DNA of 61,551 nucleotides, filler included, from Nitrospinae bacterium RIFCSPLOWO2_12_FULL_45_22 (GTDB taxonomy: Bacteria > 2-12-FULL-45-22): the NCBI GenBank assembly GCA_001803565.1. It is 5 parts of 5 records of this genome, joined end to end, with 100 filler letters (N's around TTAATTAATTAA, not from the genome) between each part and the next. Parts side by side here need not be neighbours in the genome. Positions count along the whole stretch, not along the records: positions 24,039 to 33,290 come from MHDQ01000023.1; positions 33,391 to 51,537 come from MHDQ01000024.1; 3 more parts are not named here. One strand, 5' to 3'. Below, piece by piece: positions 29,264-37,984 of the stretch; within the stretch, counting starts at the first letter, position 1, and the number at the start of each line of letters is the position of its first letter. The notes under the pieces are model-generated. The model was given only the letters and a program-made list of their open reading frames with translations, ran no database searches and was not told the DNA's origin. Both the position numbers and the translations under genes were made by a program.

Positions 29264-29788
29264 TTAGAAACTGGCGGTAAGCAGGTCTAACAATTCCAGG
29301 GCAAAGTCTTTAGAAGCCCTCTGTAATGCCTCTTGTTTACCGGCTTCGCTACTGGAGATAGATTCACTTACCCGATATTCTCGGTAAGTATCCAGGGTTT
29401 GTTGAAAAATGATTTTCTTTTTCTTAATATCCCGAAGGGTAATGAGGATAGCCATATTTAGCCGATATTCGGTAACATTGTCTTGAGGATCAAAAGCCAG
29501 AGGTGTAAGCACATAAGAATGAATCTCGCCGGTTAAGATAGCATCGGCCCTATTACGGGCACCAATCTTTACTCTACCATCGGTCAGGAATTCTTGCCTG
29601 ACAGTCCGGGTAATTTCTCTTTCGATCTGCGGTTCACCGGTCTTATTGACAAAGATAGGGATAAATACCTGCTTAATATTGCCCGGAAGGCCTTGTCCGC
29701 TCCCTACCAGCCTGTACCCACAGCCTATAGTTGCTATGAGAATGACTACTAATAATACTGAAATAATGCCCGAAATGCGTGGTATCAT
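29264..29788 (-). CDS. lptE: LptE-family lipoprotein
   Basis: Lipobox IGCGYRL; IPIFVNKT.EP.IE; ADAILTG. Confidence 0.75.
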   Translation of the reverse strand: MIPRISGIISVLLVVILIATIGCGYRLVGSGQGLPGNIKQVFIPIFVNKTGEPQIEREITRTVRQEFLTDGRVKIGARNRADAILTGEIHSYVLTPLAFDPQDNVTEYRLNMAILITLRDIKKKKIIFQQTLDTYREYRVSESISSSEAGKQEALQRASKDFALELLDLLTASF

Positions 29789-29808
29789 AATGCAACATCT
29801 CCCTTAAC

Positions 29809-29959
29809 CACGAATTACACGATAATACGGATGATACAAATAACCACAGAGGACACAGAGCCTGTAGCAGCCCGTCTTACGGTGCTATAGACCTTTAGCA
29901 GGGTAAGGCCCTGCGGCTACCTCTTCATTCGGGTTATTGGTACGTTCGTGCAATTCGTG
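29809..29959. repeat. Nested palindromic element with GTAG-REP core
   Basis: CACGAATTACACGA / TCGTGCAATTCGTG; CCACAGAGGACACAGAG; GTAGCAG...GGCTAC (29864-29920). Confidence 0.65.
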
Positions 29960-29975
29960 TTTTCTGTGATGATTT

Positions 29976-29982
29976 GTTAGAC
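29976..29982 (-). other. Orphan attC R'' box (truncated attC)
   Basis: Minus strand TGTTGTCTAAC after the stop, complementary to the cassette start GTTAGACAACA. Confidence 0.65.
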
Positions 29983-29991
29983 AACAAAAAG

Positions 29992-30699
29992 TTATTTTTT
30001 GATAGATTCAGTTTTCTTCAACGTTCCATCGGGTTTGATTCTTTCCTCAAGCCAACTCCAATCAATTGATCGGATCCGGGGAGTTGATTCTACAAATATC
30101 TTCCCATGACAAAATTCTCTCGTTTCATTTTCAACACTCCAGTACATTCCTTCTCCGCTATGTCCAATTATTGCTATTTCAATGGGATGCGATCCTCCTT
30201 CACCTGCTGGTATAATTTGCCTATGATTCCCATAGCGTAAAATCAAATCAGATGTAAAACCATAAAATTTTATTATAGAACCGGAGTAGATTAGATTTGG
30301 TGCCCTCCAAATTTGTCCAGGCTCAAGTGGTACGTACTGAGACATCACTTGCTGTGGCTGTCGTTCAGACTCTGACCGAACTGTCGCAAGTATGGTCTTA
30401 TAAGCCTCAAGTTGTACTTCCATAGTGGATAATTGCTGCTCTAATGCTTTTGCTCTTTCTTTGGCTTCTTGTGTATTATTCACCGCCTCAGTTAGTTGAA
30501 TTGACTTAATTTTTGATTCTTGATTTGATTGATAGGTAATTACAAGTGATGTAACAAAACCTAATAGAGCTAAGAACATAGTGATATAACCAGTTACTGT
30601 AAGTTTCTTTATACCAGTTTTACTCTTGTTCCATGTTCCACCTTTTATAGCCACAAGTGCTGCAAAGAATGTAATCAACTGCCCAAGATAATTAAACAT
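29992..30699 (-). CDS. Hypothetical gene-cassette protein (2 TM + coiled coil)
   Basis: 235-aa AT-rich ORF with RBS AGGAG, bounded by attC boxes. Confidence 0.75.
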   Translation of the reverse strand: MFNYLGQLITFFAALVAIKGGTWNKSKTGIKKLTVTGYITMFLALLGFVTSLVITYQSNQESKIKSIQLTEAVNNTQEAKERAKALEQQLSTMEVQLEAYKTILATVRSESERQPQQVMSQYVPLEPGQIWRAPNLIYSGSIIKFYGFTSDLILRYGNHRQIIPAGEGGSHPIEIAIIGHSGEGMYWSVENETREFCHGKIFVESTPRIRSIDWSWLEERIKPDGTLKKTESIKK

Positions 30700-30784
30700 G
30701 ATCCATCTCCTTATTTTAAATAAGGACGGCCAATGGTGGTTTCATATATACTTTCATGCTCCTTGCTCTACACTTGTGGTTGTT

Positions 30785-30843
30785 GTCTAACGAAAAAATC
30801 AGCCGCCACGCTTTTTATGGTCGGCTGGATGGGCTTGTTAGAT
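30785..30843 (-). other. Integron attC site (59 bp)
   Basis: R'' ATCTAAC (contains the upstream gene stop) ... CAGCCGACCA / TGGCGGCTG stem ... R' GTTAGAC. Confidence 0.85.
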
Positions 30844-31104
30844 CATTTTTTTATAATACGTTAAATCTTTGTTCCCCAATATTAAACCCGGAACGCTAAT
30901 ATCTTCATCTATTTCTTCCCAATGAATTCCTGTGCCACCTCCGCTTAACTCATAATTATTTCTCTGTTCAGAAGTAGCATTTAACAAACGTGGAAAATAA
31001 ACTAAAGGAATGGAAAGTTGCCTTCCATCCGTTAAAGCAACCCACATATTTTCTTTATCAAACCAAATTCTTGTTGCATTTGCTTCAAATGTTAAAGTGC
31101 TCAT
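30838..31104 (-). CDS. DUF2442 protein (putative antitoxin)
   Basis: LTDGRQLSIPL..FPRL..AT, GIHWEEIDEDISV.GL. Confidence 0.88.
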   Translation of the reverse strand: MSTLTFEANATRIWFDKENMWVALTDGRQLSIPLVYFPRLLNATSEQRNNYELSGGGTGIHWEEIDEDISVPGLILGNKDLTYYKKMI

Positions 31105-31330
31105 TCCATTTCTCCTCTATTAATTGACTTTTATCTTCTACCACTTTTCTGAATTCATTCAATTCCTTACTTGAAAATCCATAATTATATTCAAGGCTGA
31201 CAAATGGTTTAATCCAAAATTTAGCTCTATTCGGACCTTTTCGGACATGAATATGGATTGGTTCCAATGGATAACCCTCATTTGAAAAGAAAAGAAACCT
31301 ATGTCCTTTCCAATTAAAAACTTTTGGCAT
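31085..31330 (-). CDS. DUF4160 protein (putative toxin)
   Basis: FFSNE..EPIHIHV..AKFW..W.EHF. Confidence 0.88.
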   Translation of the reverse strand: MPKVFNWKGHRFLFFSNEGYPLEPIHIHVRKGPNRAKFWIKPFVSLEYNYGFSSKELNEFRKVVEDKSQLIEEKWNEHFNI

Positions 31331-31367
31331 TTAATTATTATATCGTAAGGCTTTCTTAATTAAAATG

Positions 31368-31440
31368 ATATAACGGTAGAGTTTACCCGCCGGCAATGAG
31401 CGCCAGCGAATGCCGGGCGGTGTAGAACGAATTGTTAGCG
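31368..31440 (-). other. Integron attC site (73 bp)
   Basis: R'' CGCTAAC ... TACACCGCCCGGCA / TGCCGGCGGGTA stem with unpaired bases ... R' GTTATAT. Confidence 0.82.
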
Positions 31441-31619
31441 GATAATACAATACTTATATGTATAACTATTTTCCTTGCATACTATCCAGATTTTGCCTTA
31501 TCCACTTTTCTAGTTGGTCTGCAGCCTCATTAGTTACTTTTTCAAAATAAGCGGTATCCCTTTTGAGTCCATCAAATTTGACCATTAATTTTGAACAATT
31601 ATTTTCTTTAACTAAGAGC

Positions 31620-32078
31620 TTATCCGTAAATAACTCCCACCTTTCTAAAAGCTATAATAGAAGCTGCCAAGTGCAGAAGGGCTTCATAAGTATCATCCCG
31701 CTTTTCATAACGGACTAAAATCTTTCTGAATCTGTTGAACCAGGAATGAGCTACCTCAACAACCCATCTTCTGGCTTTATAGCCCGGCACATTCTTCTTG
31801 GCCTCTATTTCCTTTCCTCGTTGCTTTACATGTGGAACATAACCCCGTTCTTTCATTATTTCCTTTGCCGGCTCTCCCGTATACCCTTTATCAGCGCAAA
31901 GGTTTTGAACCGTTCCTTCCGGCGGCGAAACTACACGACCATCCAAAACTGCTGCAAGCTGCGATACATCATGCCGGTTTGCTCCTGTTACGATAATCGA
32001 TAGAGGGACGCCAATTCCGTCCACAAGGATATGACGCTTGCTTCCATTTTTTTCCCCTGTCCGTTGGATTGGGGCCAA
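31620..32078 (-). CDS. IS5 transposase C-terminal part (frameshifted)
   Basis: KRHILVD..G.PL, ADKGY, RWVVE..HSW..RFR. Confidence 0.9.
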   Translation of the reverse strand: MAPIQRTGEKNGSKRHILVDGIGVPLSIIVTGANRHDVSQLAAVLDGRVVSPPEGTVQNLCADKGYTGEPAKEIMKERGYVPHVKQRGKEIEAKKNVPGYKARRWVVEVAHSWFNRFRKILVRYEKRDDTYEALLHLAASIIAFRKVGVIYG

Positions 32079-32499
32079 CAGCTATCTGAGCTAAGGGAGC
32101 TTTTACCATTGCTCCATCAATACTTTGCCATTCCCAGGCTATCCCCTCCATCTCGTCATATTCAGCAAGACCTGCCTGCCACAACCTGAGAAAAAAGCCT
32201 TCCTTTAACCAGTATATGAAATAGGCATGTATTGAGCTTGAACTGCCAAAGCGTTCCTTGGGCAGTGCCTTCCACTGGCATCCTGTTCGCAACACATACA
32301 CAATTCCTTCAAAAATAGTACGCGGAGGTTTTTGTCTGCGGCCACCTCCGGGCTTACGTTTATACTCCTTCTTCTCGTCTCTTTTAGTGGGTGGTGGAAT
32401 TAGAGATTCCGCCTTCTCCCAAAATGCATCCGATACTTCCCAGGACAGTGTTTTTGCCATACCCCCTCCGCATTCGTTTTTGTCTGCGGAGTATAGCAT
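31969..32499 (-). CDS. IS5 transposase N-terminal part
   Basis: GIVYVLRTGCQW, SIDG, GPNPTDRGK; GGGGAAAAAAA slippery site at ~32047-32057. Confidence 0.9.
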   Translation of the reverse strand: MLYSADKNECGGGMAKTLSWEVSDAFWEKAESLIPPPTKRDEKKEYKRKPGGGRRQKPPRTIFEGIVYVLRTGCQWKALPKERFGSSSSIHAYFIYWLKEGFFLRLWQAGLAEYDEMEGIAWEWQSIDGAMVKAPLAQIAVGPNPTDRGKKWKQASYPCGRNWRPSIDYRNRSKPA

Positions 32500-33198
32500 T
32501 CCTATTTTAAATCTACAAGTTATTTACGGATAAGCTCTAATTCTTTTGCTCTTGTTTTCCATTTGCAAGTAGGATTACAATTGAATTTCGGCTTCCAATC
32601 TTTCCTTGCTTTGGCAATTATTCCTTGAACTTGATTAAAATTTTCACACTTTTCAATATCTTTTATGTATTCTGAATTTCCGTCATAAATATAATCATTA
32701 AATTGTATATGCTCTATTAATTCTATTTCTTTCATATCTTCAGGATTGTTGCTGACTAAAAATTCAATATTATCTTCGATACCCTCAATTAGTTTAACAG
32801 CAAATTCAGATATACTTTCATTAAGAGGCCTTTCTAGTTTAGGTTTTGTATCTCGCAACGACTTTGCTGAACTAACCAAAAATTCATCAAAATCGAGTTC
32901 TTCCACGTCAATATTGCCGGCGTGCTGAGTTACTGCTTCAGAATATTCTTCGCTGAATGACCATCCCTCCATTAATCCTTGCGATCTTTCAAACAAAATT
33001 ATGGCAAGATCATGGTAAATCCAAGCTAACGGATATATTATTTCGTCATATTTAATTCCAGAATGATAGAGTTCATTTCTGTAGCTATGAGCTATTAGTA
33101 TTAGATCTGCTTCATCTGAAGAAATTTTATTTAATTTATTTTTACAAAACTTAACCTTCTCATCAAAATGTTGCCCAAGTACTTTATTTTTTAAACTA

Positions 33199-33290
33199 GT
33201 AGTCTGTAACATTAATTAATATACTTATATCGTGAGAGGATCTCCCGTATAAGTCCAGCGAAATGGTTTTGAATTTTTGTTATACAGTTT
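33199..33290 (-). mobile_element. Right end of an IS630-family element at the contig break
   Basis: Minus strand encodes KLYNKNSKPFRWTYTGDPLTI* (IS630-like C-terminus), then an end ...GACTAC followed by TA. Confidence 0.7.
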
Positions 33291-33390
33291 NNNNNNNNNN
33301 NNNNNNNNNNNNNNNNNNNNNNNNNNNNNNNNNNTTAATTAATTAANNNNNNNNNNNNNNNNNNNNNNNNNNNNNNNNNNNNNNNNNNNN

Positions 33391-33913
33391 CAAGGGTAGG
33401 AACGCGGATCTCCGTCAGCACCTCGTCCCTTTGCAGGGCTGTTTGGCCCGGCCCCAGGAAAAAATCTTCTATAGGAATGGTACGCGATTTTTTATGGCCA
33501 ACAATTTTTACCTTAGCGCCCAGGAGCAATAATGGCGGAGCGGTATCTGCCGAAGGGGCTCCATGGGCAATATTGCCACCAATAGTACCCAGGTTCCTGG
33601 TCTGAACCCCTCCTATTTGTGAGGCGGCCTGGGCTAATATACTAAATTTTTCCTGAATTATAGGGTTGCTCATTAACTCATGATGGATAACTAAGCTCCC
33701 TAACCTTAACCCTTCTTTTTGACTATACTGGATCCGATTAAGGCCGGGTATGGCTTTAATATTGATCATATATTTAGGCTCAAGGAGCCCTTGCTTCATT
33801 TGCACTAATAGGTCGGTACCGCCAGCCAGTACCTTGGCCTCTTCCCCATACCGGGCCAAGAGGGCGCAGGCTTCTTCTAACGACCGAGGGGCAAAATAAT
33901 CAAAATTTCTCAA
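33391..33913 (-). CDS. XDH/CoxM-family FAD subunit, N-terminal part (truncated)
   Basis: FDYFAP.SLEEA, LAGGTDL, RNLGTIGGN. Confidence 0.92.
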
Positions 33914-34033
33914 TTTCCCTCCCTCCCAAGAGAAATATTGGGAATTTCTAAAAACTTATCAAAACAGTTAATCGGAATCAAGAGAAAAGTAGGACACGGG
34001 GGTTATAAGGTAATAATAAAGATATTTATGGGG

Positions 34034-34083
34034 CCACAGAGGACACAGAGGATAAATCTCTATTTTCTCTGTGTCCTCTGTGG
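34034..34083. repeat. Hairpin with perfect 17-bp arms (9-bp-period family; possible terminator)
   Basis: CCACAGAGGACACAGAG / CTCTGTGTCCTCTGTGG; same arm at 29844-29860. Confidence 0.8.
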
Positions 34084-34090
34084 TTAGAAA

Positions 34091-36262
34091 TTAGTACGTG
34101 AAATTAGCTAAACTAATACCTATAAACTGAGGTGTGCCGGCCTGGACCGTTCCCGGTTTAGCCAGGGCAGCAAAGACAGTAAATGGCCCTCCCGGCCCTT
34201 TAGGTAATGGCCCGTAGGAGAAAAATGATGTCTTTGCCATGGCAGTATTAGCAGCAATATTGTAAGAAGCAGCCGCTGGGGCAAACTTGCTAAGATCACC
34301 CGATTGAGCAGCCGGTACCGACGTGAAGCTATCGCCCTTTAAAGAGGTAAAGAATAACAAGCTCCCATCAGGGAAGGCCGCCCCTAAAAAGACATCGGCC
34401 TCAAAACCTTTCGAGCCAGCATTATTTATACTCCAATATAAGGTCAGGGTATCCCCTACGCCATAGCTGCTTTTATTAGTAGAGGCCGTGATAACATCGG
34501 CTGGGGGCTGGTCATTAAGCTCGTATACGCCGGTATGGGCGGCATTCCGATGGAACATAGGCCAGGGTAACACCCCAGTAGTGCTCTCCGCTTCAATAAC
34601 ATAGAGCTTGCCATCACTTGAGACCCAGGCAATCTCTACCTTGCTATCATTATCTATATCACCGACGGCTGGGGTAGAGTTGATGGGCCCGTCTGTCTTA
34701 GTAAGGAGCGTAATGTTAAACAGCTCATCCGGTACCCCGGCGACAATACGCGTAGCGCCTCCAAAGCCTGGCAAGAGATTACCTGAGCCATCATAGGCAA
34801 ACAGGTCAAAGGCGCTACCGATAATTATATCGGCTTTGCCATCACCATTAACATCAGCCAGGGCGGGCGAGCCTGAGGTACCCAGTCCAATAGAAGTAGG
34901 TTTAACCGGGAAACCAGAGACGGTTGAACCATTAATGTGAAAGGCATAAACCTTACCATCCGGACTACCGCTGGCAACGACAATCTCTACCTGGCCATCA
35001 CCATCAATATCACCGATAGCGGGTGAGGAGTTAACAAACCCACCGGTGGTAACGGGCCAACCGGGAAGATCCTCTAAGGTATTATTCAAGGCATTATACC
35101 TAAGGCCATATACCAGGTTAGGGTTAGTACCGTGACGGGGATCGCTGGCTGTCCCGACAAATATCTCTAATTTGTTATCATTATCTATATCCATCAGGGC
35201 GGGTGAAGAGAAGATAGCGGCCTTGGTACAGTATGTAGGAGCTAGCCGGACAACCTTCGTACCCGGAATTGGCTGACCGAATCGGGCCTTATCGGCATTG
35301 CCGGTATGGTGCAGTACCCAGAGGGTTCCCCCTTCCTGGCAAGTAGAGGCAGCCGATGCCGAAGACCCACCTCCGATCACTACCTCGATATCCCCATCAC
35401 CATCCACATCGCCCAATGCCGGGGTAGATGACAGGGTATCCTGATTAGTTACCGGCCAGTCAATCGGGTCATCATCCAGACAGGGGTCAGGTGTCGGCTT
35501 ACCAAAACAACGGCTAGGTATATCACCATCGTCGTCTCGCTGGCCACCTCCCTTACGCTCCCAACCCGGGTCTTCATTGACCTTTCCATCACCATCATCA
35601 TCCTTCCTGGAGTCCACTAAGGTCAGGTCATTTCTTAGGGCATAGATATTGGTATCATTAGCGCCAAAGACCAGGTCCGGGCTGCCATCACCGTCAATAT
35701 CCCGTACAGCCACGGAACCATCCACATAATCGGCATTCCCATCACCCACACCTCCAGGGAGGAAGTCGCCCGGGATAATTAGCGTCGGAGAGGCCGGTAC
35801 TCCATTACGACTATTTTGGGCGACGGTACCATCCAGTTTGTCTTTAAGAGAGCCATCATTTTCCAGTACGATGATGCCACCCCTCTGTCTCTGGGTAGTT
35901 GCATCAGCGGACGATCCCAGGGTAACTATGATCTCTAGCTTCCCATCACCATCAATATCAGCCAGGGTGGGTGTGGCATCTATGGCCGTCCCGGTGTTAT
36001 ATGGGGCAAAGACCTGGCTACCATTCGGATTAAAGGCATAGACCTTACCATCAAAGGAACCAACCACAATCTCCAGGTCAGGGTCATTATCCAGATTACC
36101 AAAGACTGGTGAGGAATACCCGAATCCACCCGCCCCGATGGCTTGAGGAAAGCCTCCTTGTTGACCCAATTCGGCACAGGCATAATTAGTTTGAAATAAT
36201 AATCCCAACGAGACAAATAATAATAAGAGAACCTTACTAGTAAAATTACCGATTAAATACAT
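34091..36262 (-). CDS. Secreted FG-GAP/VCBS repeat beta-propeller protein
   Basis: Signal peptide; repeated SSPA.GDIDGDG..EIVV; WPMFHRN..HTG. Confidence 0.85.
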   Translation of the reverse strand: MYLIGNFTSKVLLLLFVSLGLLFQTNYACAELGQQGGFPQAIGAGGFGYSSPVFGNLDNDPDLEIVVGSFDGKVYAFNPNGSQVFAPYNTGTAIDATPTLADIDGDGKLEIIVTLGSSADATTQRQRGGIIVLENDGSLKDKLDGTVAQNSRNGVPASPTLIIPGDFLPGGVGDGNADYVDGSVAVRDIDGDGSPDLVFGANDTNIYALRNDLTLVDSRKDDDGDGKVNEDPGWERKGGGQRDDDGDIPSRCFGKPTPDPCLDDDPIDWPVTNQDTLSSTPALGDVDGDGDIEVVIGGGSSASAASTCQEGGTLWVLHHTGNADKARFGQPIPGTKVVRLAPTYCTKAAIFSSPALMDIDNDNKLEIFVGTASDPRHGTNPNLVYGLRYNALNNTLEDLPGWPVTTGGFVNSSPAIGDIDGDGQVEIVVASGSPDGKVYAFHINGSTVSGFPVKPTSIGLGTSGSPALADVNGDGKADIIIGSAFDLFAYDGSGNLLPGFGGATRIVAGVPDELFNITLLTKTDGPINSTPAVGDIDNDSKVEIAWVSSDGKLYVIEAESTTGVLPWPMFHRNAAHTGVYELNDQPPADVITASTNKSSYGVGDTLTLYWSINNAGSKGFEADVFLGAAFPDGSLLFFTSLKGDSFTSVPAAQSGDLSKFAPAAASYNIAANTAMAKTSFFSYGPLPKGPGGPFTVFAALAKPGTVQAGTPQFIGISLANFTY

Positions 36263-36297
36263 TGCCTCCCTCCTTTCTTTGTTAGACTTCTGTTTAT

Positions 36298-36529
36298 CTT
36301 GACATTGTCACATTATCCCAACAGTTATTGTACTGATCGGCCAATTCCCTCCGCTCATTGTCAGGCTTTCTTAAATTAACCGCAAAGGCGCTAAGATCGC
36401 AAAGGTTTCACAAGATTTTCCATCTGTAGGGGTGGGTTTCAAACCCACTCCTACTCTGGTCAATCTTCGCGCCCTTTGCGTCTTTGCGGTTCTATTTTAA
36501 CGTAATAACTTTAATGTGACAAAGTCAAG
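36298..36529. mobile_element. Three-layer nested inverted-repeat element
   Basis: CTTGACATTGTCACATTA / TAATGTGACAAAGTCAAG; AACCGCAAAGGCGCTAAG / CTTTGCGTCTTTGCGGTT; GTAG-REP at 36426-36454. Confidence 0.8.
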
Positions 36530-36588
36530 CTAAATAATCTATCCCAAAATACCCTAGATAGATGCTATTTGTCAAGAAAAATATCCTA

Positions 36589-36648
36589 TTGATTTTTATC
36601 TTCTCCTACGGTAAACTGGTAGCCTAAGCCGATATGAATGATGATTCA
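36589..36648 (+). promoter_or_regulatory. Promoter plus palindromic operator upstream of the ACAD pair
   Basis: TTGATT-17-TAAACT; TGAAT-GATG-ATTCA at 36635-36648. Confidence 0.45.
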
Positions 36649-36731
36649 AACCGTGTCATCTTAATTTCTTGTTATTTCTTTAATATAGATGTAGATAAGG
36701 AGAGGGGTTTTCCCAAAGGAGGAGGTATAGT

Positions 36732-37916
36732 ATGGACTTTCGATTAACTCCGGAACAAGAGGCATTAAAGAGCGCATTCGAGGAATTCTTTAAAGAGGAA
36801 GAAAAAAGGGCACCCGAGGGATGGAGCGGGGGTATGTTTTCCATATTTGAGTCAGAAGAGAATTGGGCTTACCATCGCTCTGTGGCCGAGAAACTTGCTA
36901 AGAAGGGGTGGCTGTGTCTGCCCTGGCCAAAAAAATATGGTGGGCAGGAGCATAGCTATATTGAACAACTTATCTTTAACGAAGTGAGGGCTTATTACCG
37001 AGTACCGGGTGTTGATATGTGGGGTTCGCAGATCGTTGCTCCCAGTATCCTGGAATGTGCTAGTGAAGAACTGAAGCAGGAGTGGTTGCCGCGCATAGCC
37101 CGGGCAGAGATAAATTGGTGTCAGGGGTGGAGCGAGCCGAATGCTGGCTCTGACCTGGCTTCCCTTACTACCCGGGCCGTCGAAGATGGCGATGATTTTG
37201 TTATTAATGGCCAGAAGATCTGGACTACGGGTGCGCACCGGGCGGATCATATATTCTTTTTAGCCCGTACCGACCCCACTGTCCCAAAGCATAAAGGTAT
37301 TACTTATTTCGTCAGTGAGATCAGGGAAGGAATTACCATCCGGCCGCTACTATTTATGCATAGCAAGCATGAATATAATGAGGTTTTCTTTGATGATTTC
37401 CGAATTTCTAAAAAGAACGTGGTAGGGCAAGTAAACCAGGGGTGGTATGTTACCATGGCCGGGATAAATTTTGAGCGATCCATGATCGGGTCAGTAGCTG
37501 AGGTTAAAAGGGACCTGGAGGAGTTTATAGAGTTTTGCAAAGAGACGAAGCGCAATGGTCAACCCTTAGCCAAAGACCCTTTGACCCGGCATAAGTTGGC
37601 GGAGTTTGCTCTGGAGCTGGAGGTTGCGCGACAGTGGGCTTATTATGTGGCCTGGCTGCAGAGTAAAGGAAATTTGGTCCCGGCTGAGTCCTCGGCCGCC
37701 AAGTATTTTTCCTCGGAATTAACCGTCCGTTTCGCTAATACTATGGTAGAGATCATGGGCCTCTATGGCACGTTGAAAGCGGGCTCAAAATGGGCCAAGT
37801 TCCATGGCAAATATGAGGATATGTGCCAGGCCTCTCTGGGGACAACTATAGCAGGGGGCACGACAGAAACTATGAAGAATATCATTGCCTGGATGGGGCT
37901 AAAGCTGCCCAGGTAG
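36732..37916 (+). CDS. Acyl-CoA dehydrogenase (FadE26/29-like)
   Basis: WCQGWSEPNAGSDLA, GQKIWTT, IAGGTTE. Confidence 0.93.
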   Translation: MDFRLTPEQEALKSAFEEFFKEEEKRAPEGWSGGMFSIFESEENWAYHRSVAEKLAKKGWLCLPWPKKYGGQEHSYIEQLIFNEVRAYYRVPGVDMWGSQIVAPSILECASEELKQEWLPRIARAEINWCQGWSEPNAGSDLASLTTRAVEDGDDFVINGQKIWTTGAHRADHIFFLARTDPTVPKHKGITYFVSEIREGITIRPLLFMHSKHEYNEVFFDDFRISKKNVVGQVNQGWYVTMAGINFERSMIGSVAEVKRDLEEFIEFCKETKRNGQPLAKDPLTRHKLAEFALELEVARQWAYYVAWLQSKGNLVPAESSAAKYFSSELTVRFANTMVEIMGLYGTLKAGSKWAKFHGKYEDMCQASLGTTIAGGTTETMKNIIAWMGLKLPR

Positions 37917-37984
37917 CGACAGGTCAGGGTACGGATTCGTAAAAATATAGTATTGTCATTCGCTATAGCTAAAGGAGGAGGAAG

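Larger units (their letters stand above)
31616..32537 (-). mobile_element. IS5-family insertion sequence, 922 bp
   Basis: Perfect 20-bp TIR GAGCTTATCCGTAAATAACT; TAA duplicated at 31613-31615 and 32538-32540. Confidence 0.93.
31466..33196 (-). pseudogene. Cassette gene (HEPN-like RNELYH motif) interrupted by IS5 and IS630
   Basis: Removing the IS5 and one TAA restores the frame ...RAKEL-VKENNCSKLMVKFDGLKRD...SMQGK*; 5' end lost at an IS630 end. Confidence 0.78.

Noticed and set aside
32520-33212. Intact 230-aa gene as given in the ORF track
   Set aside because: The start lies in an IS630 end and the stop in the IS5 TIR; it is an internal fragment.
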